Assembly (NCBI RefSeq): GCF_002113885.1
Contig: NW_018405598.1
Coordinates: 125,913-189,912 of the forward strand
Source of the DNA: Mizuhopecten yessoensis
Lineage: Eukaryota
Length of the DNA stretch: 64,000 bases
Direction of reading: 5' to 3'
Shown here piece by piece: positions 26,201-39,000 of the stretch. Each line of letters starts with the position of its first letter. Positions within the stretch are counted from its first letter, which is position 1. The notes beneath the pieces are model-generated. The model was not told where the DNA came from and made no database searches. It saw only the letters and a list, made by a program, of their open reading frames with translations. Made by a program: the position numbers and the translations under genes.

Positions 26201-27705
26201 GGTTTATCACTGGTTGAATACATGAAGATCGTAAACACTAAACACAGTTTATCAACCTCAACTTCTGTTTGACAGGAGGTATTCCACGAAAGGGTGAAAT
26301 CCTACAAGAACTGGAAGGACGCAGAAGTTACCTTGACAAAGAAACGGGAAAACAAAGCCAAGTTAGAGCTAGCTAACAAAACAGACAAAATCTCACAGGC
26401 CAAGCAAGAGATTTCAGAGGTACGCATGGTTTATATTGCTGCTTATAACACAAGCAAAATCTCACAGGCTTAGCAAGAGATTTGACATAAGTATTTCTTA
26501 CTGCTAATAATATAGACAGATGCCAATAACATTGGATGAAACAAAAATGAATTATATAGATACTTTTGATGTGATACACATAACAGACAGTTATAAAGTT
26601 AAAAGTTATTTACTTTAGTTAGAGACACGTTTAATTGATACATGTGTTACTATACTAACACCATACTACTGAAGTTTGGGGTATACTGACACACTCAGTC
26701 TAAACAACTAGTCCTAAGTTACATTAACTCATTCACCCCTGAAATTTCATAATGAACTATTCCGACCTTTGAATTGGAATAGTTCAAATGTGTCTTCAGG
26801 GGTGAATAAGCTTAGGTTAAACCAGCATTATGTTTGTTTTGTATGTTTTTCCAGCATACAGATCCCTGAATTTTTTACTGAGTTATAACCCTTCAACTTA
26901 AAGCATTAGATTTTATTTTGAGAACTTGTCAGTCCTTTTCTGGTAGGGTTCATTATCTTCATATTTATTGTTTCCATAACATTATTTTAGAGATGGTACA
27001 TAAATGTGGATTATTTTCTATATTCATGTTAACCTTTGGCGTACAGTTCTAGTTCTATTTCACTTTTAGTGGGAGTTGAAGGTCGAGAAGGGAAAAGATG
27101 ACTTTGAAAAGATGTCAGCAATGATACGAAAGGAGGTTGCGCGATTTGACAGGAAACGTGTAGAAGATTTCAAGTCTAGCATCATCAAATATTTAGAATA
27201 TTTAATGGAAAACCAGCAACGGGTAGGTCATGGCATTATTCTTATAAATAAGCGTTTCACACTTATGTTTTGAAATATATTTGGCACTTTTTTAGACTGT
27301 GATGCATCATGAAAGTAATTAAAGCTGTGAGCAGACTAATGTATTCGACATTTCTGCAATCTTCATCTCGATCCAAATTTCTTGGAACTATACATCAAGC
27401 GTGCTTAAATATAAAGAACATGTTTCCAAATTAAATTAAATTATCTATTCTAATGTACTGTGCAATTCAAACGTGGGTGTTAACTGGAAGAGAAATGTCA
27501 CTATATATGTTTTCACATGCTTTTTGTGTTTTTCCCCTTTTATTGTTTGATAAACAAATATATTTTCTCTTTGTCAAATTATGAAATGTAAAATATTTAT
27601 CAAAATTAACAATCTAATTAGACAGTTGATGCTAAGTGTTTGTCCTGTTTCCAGGTGATCAAGTGTTGGGAGGCCTTCTTACCTGAAGCCAAAGCGGTGG
27701 CATGA
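11212..27705 (+). CDS. SNX2: Sorting nexin-1/2 orthologue (PX-BAR, retromer/ESCPE-1), 13 coding exons, 546 aa
   Basis: Exons 11212-11295, 13063-13107, 13956-14058, 14610-14857, 15298-15396, 16018-16159, 16764-16842, 17306-17498, 25201-25294, 25589-25794, 26276-26419, 27070-27222, 27655-27705. All introns GT-AG; total 1641 nt in frame. N-terminus [12 protein letters not shown] motifs [35 protein letters not shown] motifs [21 protein letters not shown]-terminus [12 protein letters not shown]. Confidence 0.95.
12064..12175 (+). mobile_element. Solo LTR (112 bp) containing a tRNA-like sequence, 4-bp TSD (Helenus-like TRIM), in SNX2 intron 1
   Basis: Inverted termini TGTAG...CTACA; CAGG on both sides (12060-12063 and 12176-12179); internal A-box TAACTCAGAGGTAGAGC and B-box GGTTCGAGCCC. 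Confidence 0.75.
13401..13584. repeat. ~61-bp tandem repeat, 3 copies (SNX2 intron 2)
   Basis: AAAATAAGCTATA..T.GCTAGTCATGAAC(A)ATTACAAGGTTCATAACCAAGT.CAAGTCT occurs three times. Confidence 0.9.
15025..15279. repeat. ~22-24-bp minisatellite abutting the acceptor of SNX2 exon 5
   Basis: Units TAACCCTGTGTTGTGTTTTGACA(A/G) run up to the real acceptor at 15297. Confidence 0.85.
15420..15781 (+). mobile_element. Helentron-like (HINE) fragment in SNX2 intron 5
   Basis: Satellite-like core (GAGTTATGCCCCTTT, CAATAACTC) and a 3' end CAGGCGACACATCCACTCCTGTGGAATTCTTGTT with a small hairpin. Confidence 0.4.
16554..16643. mobile_element. ~90-bp MITE with TTAA-type termini
   Basis: Inverted ends TAACCCTTTCACC...GGTGAAAGGGTTAA; a related copy lies at 26724-26814. 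Confidence 0.65.
20060..21670. repeat. 78-bp minisatellite, ~20 copies, in SNX2 intron 8 (source of the 520-aa minus-strand ORF)
   Basis: Unit GATTGTGATGAGGTTGAGACCGTGTCAGACCTCATGATCACAGTGCTGTTGCATTGGAGACTGTGAGATTTGAGACAC. The minus-strand ORF shows the matching 26-aa periodicity. Confidence 0.95.
22853..23384. repeat. 38/44-bp minisatellite in SNX2 intron 8
   Basis: CCCTGCCCAGTGGGGTATATTTTGGCTACATATGA(CCTTCA) repeated about 13 times. Confidence 0.9.
26724..26814. mobile_element. ~90-bp MITE, same family as 16554-16643
   Basis: Inverted ends TTAACTCATTCACCCCTGAA...TTCAGGGGTGAATAAGCTTA. Confidence 0.6.
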
Positions 27706-29279
27706 TGTGTACCAACACGTTTCCATGGAGACCAAGATGGACTTTCTTCAGGGTGGGACAATAAAACTGAGATTAAATGAAGCTAGCAAGACTCGATTCG
27801 CCATCACACTTGTTGTGGCCGACGTTCTGTGGAGACGTGGTCATACCATTTATTATTGACACAATATGGATTTTGTAGTGCTACATTATAAATGTACTTA
27901 AGGCACCAACCACACACAAAGTAATACAAAAGATATTGTAACACCAATACCAGGTGCATTGTTGTCTTATTTTCAAATCATTTGTTAGGTATACAGTCAA
28001 TTTTGACCAAATTTTTCTCGTGGATTTAATTGAAGCTGTCGGTTAAGTTTGACATTCTCTGTGTATAACCACTTTCTTTTCACTCGGAATCGTAAACATC
28101 AGCATCACAATATATGGTTACAGGGACACAATTGTTTAAATAGGTTGCAATATATATCAACACTATGTCCTCATTACAAACATTGCGAAGTTCTTCTTTA
28201 CTTCAGCCTGTGTTCACTTGGTGTTCTATTAATGTTTTACAAGTGAACTAGTCTAGGATGTATTTTTACACCTTAACTAATTTTAATGTCCATATGATGT
28301 AAACATAACTCATTAAAGCTGAAATACCCAATTATTCTTTCAATAAGAGCTGATAGAAGTAGGGAAAGATGCCCATGAACAGCAACCAGTAAATCCATAG
28401 GAGTGTCATAGTTTATAACAACTAGCAAAAGAAGAATACATTTTATGAAAACCAGGCTTCAGGATGTGCCACTCTTCTTTTGAGATTTATTTTACTTTAA
28501 GTGAGAGCTGAAGTTCAAAAAATGATGAAAGATCGCCGGTAATAAGCCGGAAGTTTGACTGACAAAAGTTGTAAATGGTTGTAAATTTCCAGGATGATGT
28601 AGCTTGCATGTAAGTCGAGAAATGTTGTTATGTCATGGTAAGTGCGAGTAACTAGAATGCTAGTCATAAAAAGTTGGATTTTTTTTCTTTCTTAATTTTT
28701 TGTTTGTTATATTAAAGTTCTTAAAGCCATATAAAACAACACCTTTAATTTAACAGAAACCAACAGACAAGGTATGACGTATTTTATTGTACATAACAAT
28801 AGTGAGAAAAACATTGCAATGCTAATGTTGATATACAAATTTCTTGTTGCCCCTTATCCTTGATATTTCATTCTAAAAAATGCAAATATAACAATCTAAA
28901 ATTGATAAAAAATTGTGATATGTATTTTTACCATTAAGTTGACGAGTTATCAGAAGTAGGTGTTTTTTTCTCAATTAAGAACACAGGGATATATTGTGTG
29001 TCATTAGGTAATGGTGCCTGACGAGAAACTTGGTGAGGATAGCAGAGGAAAGTAAAATGTTGGTGCATATAACTTAATCGTGTATATAGTGAACATTTTC
29101 CTGCTTGATGCAAGGTTCATTATTGTAATATCTGTCTAGCCAATGCAAGCTTTGATGGTTATAACATACTATTGTAATACCTGTTCAGCCCACGTCAGCT
29201 TTGTTGGTTTATGATGTAGAATCACTTAAAATGTATCATATTTTACAATGAATATTTTAATGAAAAAGAAATTAATTAA

Positions 29280-29285
29280 AATAAA
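29280..29285 (+). terminator. Candidate polyadenylation signal for SNX2 (3' UTR ~1.6 kb)
   Basis: AATAAA at the end of the AT-rich UTR, followed by a GT/T-rich tract (GGTGTTTTGTTGTT). An earlier AATAAA at ~27760 is an alternative. Confidence 0.4.
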
Positions 29286-30442
29286 TACATATATCAAAAT
29301 AAGGATGGTGTTTTGTTGTTAGTTTTTCTGATACCTTCACCTTGACGACAATGGGCTCTCTTCTACACGTTTTGTTCTGTCTTCGCATTGACAGCAATGG
29401 GCCCATCCTCAAAATTCCAAGGGTTACCATCACTTAACTTCTCTGCACAACCCCTGGCATATGTCAAGACGAAATTGAAGGCACGGTACGTTACTCCTGG
29501 TCAATGATACAATTGACCTAGTTTGAGTTTGATGTACATCAAAAGAACTGCGGCAGCATTACGGTAAAATTGACCAGCTTTGGTGTTGGATGTCCCTCTT
29601 CTGTACTCTTCAAACGAGAAGTTAATCTAAGATTGGGCAGGCGTTTGTTACCTGAAACCAATGAAGTTGCTAACCACATGCCTTCGATTTTGTCATGACA
29701 TATCCCAGGAGTGCAAAGAACGTACTCTAGAAAGTGAGCGTAACCCCAGGAAGTTCAAGGATACAAATGGCCATATTCTATATGTTTTTTAGTGTCTTCA
29801 CATCGACATTAGTCTGTCCTGTTTTATAAATTGCAAGTGCTTTCACATTGACAGCACTCAGCCCTGTTCGAAAATAAACATACAATGTACCCCTCGGTAG
29901 TCCAACACTAAAATCATTGTTTTCTGAATGAATGAAACGGAATTATTCACGTTTAGATAATTCATTTCCTGAACTTAGGTACCTTAACAAAAATGTTTTG
30001 GAATGGCAAGCTATACATGTGTTGTATTTCAGAAATCTATGATGTGGTGACTTGAAGTACATATGCAGATTGATACTAGATTTATATGGGTAGAAATAAG
30101 AGTATTTATGTGTAAGTCTTGCAAGTGTAAAGAAATTGTGAACTCCAGGACACAGTTTTGAAGACGAGGATTTAAACTACTTTTAAAGTGTCATTAATCT
30201 AATGAAGCTTGTTGTAATCAATTCAAGTCCCTGAAAGATAAGAACCACCGGCTGTTTCCAAACTACTTATCACATTGTCCACATTCCTTAGATGTTCTTG
30301 ACATCTCACTGTTCTGTACATTGACTATAAACACGTCATAGGTCCATGGTTAAAAGCAATATCCGATTTCTACACTCAAACACGTTGAAGTTGTTGACAA
30401 CAACTTCTTAGAGCCTACATGTATCGTTGGTCTTTAATGTTA

Positions 30443-33400
30443 TTAGTAATAAGGGGTCAACATGGCCCTTGGGGTAGTTGTGTATGCTATAGGGTAGGGG
30501 CTGACTGCGATTGGTCTTAAAGGTTCCGATCTGAGGTTTCTGGACGGCATGCGTGATGGGGGCGTGACGGAGCGCCTTTCGGGAGGAGGCGTGTCACTGC
30601 GATAGTTGCTGTCATCCTCTAGCTCTGGTATGAAGAGGAGGCCAGCAATGATGGCAAGGATGCCGCCCATCACCGTCAGTCCCATTGAGAAGCCCACGTA
30701 GAAGGGACTAGTTACGTACACCAGCCAAAGTATCATCCCAATGGTCACGAACAGGCCTGCAATACAAAGGCGAATTGTAATGTATACTTTACTCCTCTTT
30801 ACCCAAACAGACACCCAATTTTTTGTTCAAAAGTGTTAATTTTAATGCTTCATTGGGCCAAAATTGCTAGCTTGATCCCCCACCCCTCCCAGCCCCGAAA
30901 TACAGCCTGTGATTAGGTCTTCTTGAAGTAACGTTTCCTTTATGATCGATCAGTCACCGCAAAAAAAAATATGAAAAGATAAGTTGAAAAACGGGTGTTA
31001 TATGTCTCTTTTTCGGCGATAACATAAAAAACGAAGCTCTTATGTTCCTTCATATTTCTAAGTGATTATTTTACGCAATAATGGGGTTGATTGCTGGTGC
31101 ACTATCAGTCCCGGGGTTGGCCGTAACCATGTAGACGGAATTCATCCTGACACGGTTTACACGAAACACTAGTTTAATGTTAAGGGTTTTATAGGCACCT
31201 TCCCCGTGCTGCTGTTTACATATGGTTCGGAACACTTTTGGCATGGATATTTTTTTTCAACTTTTAGTACCAAATATGAGCACTAAATGGACATTCATTA
31301 AATGAGTACTAAATATAGCAATATGGTCCTTTACAATGTTAACTTTGTTAAACTGTGCATTTTCAAACAAGATTTCAAATAGATATTTCCGTTCGTCGTT
31401 TTTCTAGTGATTACTTTTCAAAGATTAATATGATATACTTAGATACACTGCTGCCTTGTTCAAAATTAGGTAGTTGTTGTTTTGTTTGACGTTATTAGGT
31501 CCCATTGTTTGGCATCTGTATCTAATCTGTAATTTGTTTCTACCATTTAAACTCCAGTATATTTCGGACCTACAAACATTAAAATTTGATAGTTTTAAGT
31601 CATGAAGCAAGGTGAAGAAGGTCATTTCAAGACACCACCCATAGCTTATACATTAACATAATCAAATACATTTCTTTTAAGGATTCATCACCAAACAGCA
31701 CTCATCTCTATAAACTCACCATTTACTATGTGTAACGAACGGTACGCGAACGAACTGTAATGGTACGACTTCTTTTTACCTACAGCACTGTACACAATTC
31801 CGATTAGAGACTTACAAATCCATGGTCTTTGTTTTGTAAATGAAACATTTCTGGGGAGAGTGTTATAATCCCTAACTTCGTTGTTTTGCAAATAACATAT
31901 TGACTTTCAGATAAAGATGAAAGAAGAGTAACTGTTATCATGATTTTCTTTTTCTTTTTTTTTCATTCTGGGATTACTAGCCCATAACGAAGGGAAGGTT
32001 CACAAAAGAATGTTGTAGTAAGAAATTATTCTTAGCTCCCAATTTTTTGTTGTTCTTATATTGAAGATTTTAACAGGTTTGATAACCGCACGGTAGACTG
32101 CACTTCCGGCCAGGGATGTTTTCCCTCGTTTTCTTTTCTTTTAAATGTTTATAACTTCGGATATTCAAGACCACCTTGAAACATCATTAGTATATGAAAA
32201 CTTTGATACAGGGCTTTCCGTGAACCAGTTTTGTACTGACACTGGTTATATACAAGAACAAATATGATATATATCCTGTAAAGAAATATCCAAAGTTGTG
32301 TATTAACGTTTTGGTATTCTCAATACAATATTGAACACTCCAAACTTGGACTGAACGCTGTAGCATTCACCAACACTGGCAATAGTGTTTGTTGTTGAGC
32401 TTCCGTGTGCTTTTTATTAGATTGTTTAGCACTTAAACAAAAAAAATATGATTTAAGAGATCAATGTCTTCCAAACTTCTAAATGCCGATTGGGTATTAA
32501 AGATCAGTCTTTTCGAAAGATATTCTTTACCTTAAATACAAGTGACTGATTTTGAAGAATGTGCTGCAGAACAATGTAAAAAGAAAATATATTTTTGTTT
32601 GGTCATTTTGACTTGGCAGCATTGACTACTTTCACAATGTATGTTATATAAACGTATTGCTATCATATAAACATTTTGAAAATCAGAACATCTATTTTAG
32701 CCAATTCAAAATACAATGTTTTGACACTTTTTCACCTTTGCGCCCTCACTTTTCTATGCAAAGACTGACTAATTGAAAAAGAAACCTCATTTCATGATGA
32801 CTTGACCGTGGAATTTATTTCGGCAAAAAGCTCACACAAGCACTGAAGTGGCCACCTCTTCTTTTCCAACGGTGGCAAGTGTAAGTCAGTTTATGTAACA
32901 ATCCACTATTTAATCAAACGCTTTCATTTAGCACGGTTATCAGATGAATGACGATCAGAGTTGGGTTGGAACACTCCTCGTGTTTTATATAATTGATAGA
33001 TATGATAGAATGTTTATTAACATTATTGACAACTACAGCCGAGTGGAGATAAAGGCAGTGTATCTATTTTAAACTTTGGAAGCGACCGATGATAGCTCTC
33101 CATTCATATACGACACTGAATATATTATCTTCTCCTTGTATCTAGATACCAATATACCAACATAAACTTACCAGCCAAGAAACACAGAATCATACAGACG
33201 AAAGCAAACGTCCAGGTCCTGAGGTTCTCCACCACGACGTAGACGAGCACGGCGATCGGTGCTACGAGGAGAATCAAGAGGGCAATCACCTCCATGGCCT
33301 GGGTACCTCGGTAGCCATCTGCTCAAGGAAACATTTGACGATATAATTAGCAAATCGATGATAAAGGAAATATACTTTTAGTTTACCCATAACGAGGGTA

Positions 33401-34027
33401 ATCGGGGGTATACTACATAAAATGAGACTTTGAAACAGTAATGTCTGGTAGGTGAAAGAACTGATGATTTTTAACATGAACGAATGCAAATACAGGAACT
33501 AAATGAGTTGAAAAAGTAACAGCCAAATACTAAAGACGCACATGGCCAAATGAAAGCAACTTGCAAGTTTCATTGCTATTAGGATACGTATTTATATTCC
33601 GATCTGTTCAAAATTTATCCACGACAACACACAAGGTCAGGATCCTAACCCAAGTCAATATGAAATAACAAAAAGAAAGATGGAAACATTAAAACGAGGA
33701 AAGGCGTCCTAAACCCTAAAAAAACAAAGGGAAAATCATGTCTGGTAATGTATTTGACGTCGGAAATCCAGATATTGTTATAAAAACGGAAAATATCAAC
33801 GGAGTGTGGACATTACCTGTCCTGTACGAGTCTGGTACCGTTCTGTCCGCACAGGTCCCCGCCGATGTACACGCCTGGGCCTTCCATAGGCCTACCCGAA
33901 TTTTGGCACCGGACGTGAAGGCGTAGACCATCCAGGAGGTAGTTGCGAAGCCAGCAATGAACAAGATCATGGATAAAACAATACACAGAAGGGCTAGTCT
34001 CGCCCACAATGATGATGTCCCACACAT
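30443..34027 (-). CDS. Claudin/PMP22/EMP/MP20-family tetraspan membrane protein, paralog A, 3 exons, 223 aa
   Basis: Exons 33817-34027, 33172-33318, 30443-30756 (intron phases 1,1; GT-AG; 672 nt). W...GLW..C..C first-loop signature (SWM...VGLWKAQAC...C), YRGTQAMEV after loop 1, four hydrophobic segments, Pro/Arg/Ser-rich tail. Confidence 0.88.
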
Positions 34028-34794
34028 GTTGATGTCAATTACCTCAAAGTTGTCCGATAAGTTTTATCAATTCCATTTGTTGGCCATTTGGACTGGAAAA
34101 AAATGGTATATTCCCTTACTTTGTATTAAAAAAAAAATGTTATTCATTATTTATCTTAAAACTCCATTATATTGTCTTCTGAGATAATCATGTACTTTCT
34201 TCGAACGAAACGAAATCCGTTCTCACACATGAAAACGATCTTCCTTTTAACAAAAAACAGCTTCTCTTAAACAGATCGTTTCACATAGACACGAATCTGA
34301 GTTTTATATACTTCGCAAGGCTAATAAGTTACCCTCTATACACCAAATGGTGAAATAAGGTACTAAAATTTATACAAAACATACAGAACGTCAAAAAATC
34401 ACGAAGCGAAAGGGATTCTAATAAAATCATCTCGCATTAATGAATCTAAAAGGCGAACCGCTCCAGTAGAAGGTTATAGAATGGAGTCGTGTACGTGGTT
34501 AGCATAGGTAGGGTGCTTGTTGTTGACAGATCCAATACAAAGGTGTTGATTTAAATACACGCTTACATAAATTCACGCCGGGGATTGCATCTTGTTTATC
34601 GGGCAGGGACTTGATGGATTGTAAAGAAGACACATTATATACACTGAGGCGTGTATAGTGTTTATTAAGTTCGGATCACAAAGAAGACAAGTTGACACCA
34701 TCCTTTGAAAATTCCAAATGTCAAAATCATTAACGTTGAAAACAGTGTTTTCAAAATATTTTAAATTCCACATTTTGTATATTCGATTAGCTTA

Positions 34795-35095
34795 CAACTT
34801 TTCGTATCTTTTGGGAGCTTACAAGTTTTTGTATCATCGCGTAGTTCACAAGATTTGTATATTCGAGTAGTTCACAAGATTTGTATATTCGGGTAGTTCA
34901 AAAGATTTGTATATTCGGGTAGTTCACAAGATTTGTATATTCGGGTAGTTCACAATATTCATATATTCGGGTAGTTCACAAGATTTATAAATTCGGGTAG
35001 TTCACAAGGATTGTATATTCGGGTAGTTCACAAGATTTGTATTTTCGGGTAGTTTACAAGATTTGTATATTCGGGTAGTTCACAAAATTTGTATA
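34795..35095. repeat. 26-bp minisatellite, ~11-12 copies
   Basis: TATTCGGGTAGTTCACAAGATTTGTA with period 26 (34861, 34887...). Confidence 0.9.
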
Positions 35096-36002
35096 TGAGG
35101 ATAGGTTAAAAGAACATGAATCATAAGTATAACGACGATATATAATTTTGCGAATAATCAATTTGGGCGAAATTTAAGTTAAAAAACGTTTCCAGTGACT
35201 CCTCGATACTCCAGTCATATACTTTATAGTGGGCGTGTCTGCTTTATGAGACAGCTGACACTCAGCGATACCGTCATAGTCTTATATTCCTCATGTCTAG
35301 GAAGGCTGCATTACTGGAATATATCATTGTGCATCTAAGGCTATAGTAAGTCTCTTAATACACGGATCATCTGGGTAGTGGGACATATACCTAAAACTGA
35401 ATTAGCGAGGGCCTGTTGTATGTATCCTTTGTCTAATTATGCTTGAAATATATATTGCAATATAATTATTAATCAATGTTTAATCTGCACCCGAGATAAA
35501 TATCACAATGTGAGAGTATTTATAGTGATACATAATAACCAAACAGCTACTGAAGAATAACCCCTCAGAACACGAATGTCCTGGGATTTGTTTTGATTTG
35601 CCCATCATTGATGGCGTTGCTTTAGTGGAAATCGGTAAATTGTAACCATATATCGTTTATATATAGATATCAATAAATTATAATTGGTTCCATATTATGG
35701 TCCATATTTCTGAATTTACACCTAATTCACTTTTACAATGAAAACGGACAGTTGTAAATGAAGGTCACACATCTGGGTGACCCTAGGATTTCCGTCGCGG
35801 ATTTAAGTTTTGTATCGGAATGTTTTAAGTCTAAATTACAATAAAAAGTATACCTAGAGATTAGGTCGGCCCTTTTGAGATCTTGCCAGGGTTTAGTTCC
35901 GGGTAATTAATAACAGCATCTGTACCTCTGTGTTGTGGTGTTTCACGAGTTGGGCCTGACAACGTGTGAAACCCTCGATCATCTCCTACAGATCACTTCA
36001 CC

Positions 36003-39000
36003 ATGGCGGTCGCTCTATGTATTTTCACTGTCTCCGTGCTTGTTTTGGCTCTGCCGTGCGTTTTTGGAGGTCGTTATTGTAACTTTGATATGCTGTTGCC
36101 ACGAGATTTCGACGTCGGTCAGGTATGTTTTAAGTTTTGCTCTAATATGTCCACATTCTGTTTATGACACTTCAATATCGATGTTATCTACTACTGATTA
36201 GTGTTTTCCATGTTGTGTAGTAATTTTCAGTCTTTATTGATACATTCATGCAATAGAAATTTTTGCAATCCATATAAGGATATTTTGCTTTCCTATAAAA
36301 TACCTTCCATTCCCTTGTTGACACTACTGTATGCAATATGTTCATATTTTGCGATATTTCTGATGAAAAGTGTATACAAATTGAAAAATAAAACCTATCA
36401 TTGTATTAACAAATGGATGAAAGTTTGTTGAACAGACGATAGGTTTGCTTTAAATAAACATGAGCAAAGTGTGGTAGTATTCTAGATGAATATGCATTAT
36501 TGTTTTAATCTAGTTCTTTGGATACTGGTACGAGATTGAACGGACAGAAACAACGTTAGGCTATTACACCTTCGTATCGCAGACGTGGGGCTTCACCGAA
36601 TCTTACCAAAACATGCATAATATGAAGCTGCACTATGCTGGTCGGCCGTAAGTATAATATGGTAATATAAAACTATCATCAAACATTAGATGATCAAAAG
36701 AAAAATATTACTTTAGTTAAATATTTAAATTCTCTGTTTAAGTTATATGGTAACTTGTAGACAAAATGTCAATCCATGCTACAAAGGGAGTCGCTAATAT
36801 TTGGTACATATTTGCGTGATATGATGTGTTCACTTACAGTTTTATTTCCTTTATGTTAGTTTATTGTCCAGTTTTTTCGGGAAGTTTGGTTGTGCAAATT
36901 TATAGAAGCAGACAAACTTGATGTATTGTAATTTTGGCACGTACATACTGGGCACAGATTTACGGTCATATAGTATTAGTTAATACTAAAAACGATAACG
37001 TCCTTTACAAGTTGATTTGATTCTTAACCTCATGATAAGTGATGTTACATTTTCTTACATTGCATAATTGATGTCTTGGCATATTTGGTCCTTTTCATCA
37101 CATTGTGTTAGATTTAACTGATGATGCCGTGGAAGCCCTGAAGAACAGGCTGTATCTTATCAGTGCTGTTAACTAGACGAGATGGTAGCGGTAATCTAGA
37201 ACTGTTTCCATGATGCTAAGGGGTCAGTGCTCCTGATAGCTGTTAAGGTGGCTGTGTGATTATCTGGGTTAGATTATCAGTTTAAATACTTTACACATCC
37301 CACTGATCATATGACCGAAATAACTGTAATTTTACATTTATGTGGGGTTTTTTTACGTTTGATAAGCTTCTTTTTATTTCGAAGACACAAATATTTTATG
37401 TCAAAGACACAAATATTTTATGTGAAAATTACTTTTTTTTGATATATAGATAATTTCGGTCTAAATGATCAGAGTGCACTTCACTATACTGGTATCTGAA
37501 TCAAAGTTAATAACATAATGAGTTCCTTTTAACTTGCATTTACATCACAGCGGAGGTGTGTAAGCGATGTAAACCATACGTACAGGCATGGGTCTTATCT
37601 TGTCGAAGGTCTTTGTGTATAACTTGCATTTATTCATATTTTGCCCTATGATTTCATTGATTTGATTCGAATTCGAGATCATTTCATTCTACTTAAAATG
37701 AAGACTTAATAATAACAGCTTTATATAAAAGAAATTGGAACAGAATTTTTAATTACCCATCGTACAGCGGGAAGTTTTTGTGACCAAACAGTTTTATGAT
37801 GTTATCCTAAATATTTAACTGTTTCTAAAGTTTTAATGATCTATCTTACGCAAGGTGTTTTTATAAGCTAACTAACATATACATTGTCTATATTAATGTC
37901 TGTCGAATTATCCATTTAAAACTCTCAGGTTAATACAATGTAAGTGAAAATCGGAAAACAGAAACGTAATCAGTCCATGATTGATGTCGTAATGCAATAA
38001 AAAAAATCAGTGTGTTCCATGAATAATGGTTTGTCAACTGAGTCTTAAACCACTGAGACCTTTATACTACCAGGTATAAACTGGACACACAAGATGTATG
38101 GACGCTTTGGTGTTTTCTTTCTGTTCAAGTTGCACCTGAACTAAATGTAACCATTAACGATATATTTGGTGTGATTCCAGCCCAGGGTATTACTGCATGA
38201 GAGGGACCCATGAGTTACTACCCTATATTGGGGCGCCAGGCAGGTTCCTGATGGAGGACACAAGTAGTAAGTATACTGATTTACTCTCGTGTGGGCAAGT
38301 CAGCTGAGCACACATATCCCAACAGGTATTCGACTTGAACCTCAAATAAAATTAATAAATGTTTAATTTCTGTTTTGGGCCGTGGAACCTTGTTTGTCAA
38401 GACTTCATTAATAGGAAAGGCGTTCGGTACCTCAGTTGTACATTCTTTATTCTGGACACAGAATCCACAGTGTTATATGATGATATGTTTATTGACTTTA
38501 AAATCATTTCATTTACATTATAGCATTCAATAACGGTAGATTTTCTGTTGTATAACATGTCATTGTCATTAACACGGCAAAGTACAAAGCATTGCACGTT
38601 TGCAATACCTTTATATAAGTTATAGAGCGTACAGATGTGTTTGGGATTGGTTGAAAACATATCTTTATATATCTTTGAAGCTATGATAATGGTACACTGT
38701 ATTTACTTAGTACAACGCGGTATAACAGTGTTACTTTTCTCTTACGTAATAACTAGGTTAACTATTGTTACTGTAATACAATCTTGCTATAACTTTGTTA
38801 CTATGGTTTTGCTATGTTAATATGTGGTGTTGTGTTACTATGGCGTGTTTTTGTTACTATGGTATTGTTGTGTTACTATGTGGTGTTGTGTTACTATTGC
38901 GTGTTTTTGTTACTATGGTATTGCTGTGTTATATGGTATTACGATGTTACTATGGTACTGATGCGTTACTCCGGCATTGCTGCGTTACTATATGATGATG

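Noticed and set aside
37112-37610. Candidate lipocalin exons after the acceptors at 37111 and 37550
   Set aside because: Both hit stop codons within a few codons in the required phase, whereas 38181-38266 is open and phase-compatible.
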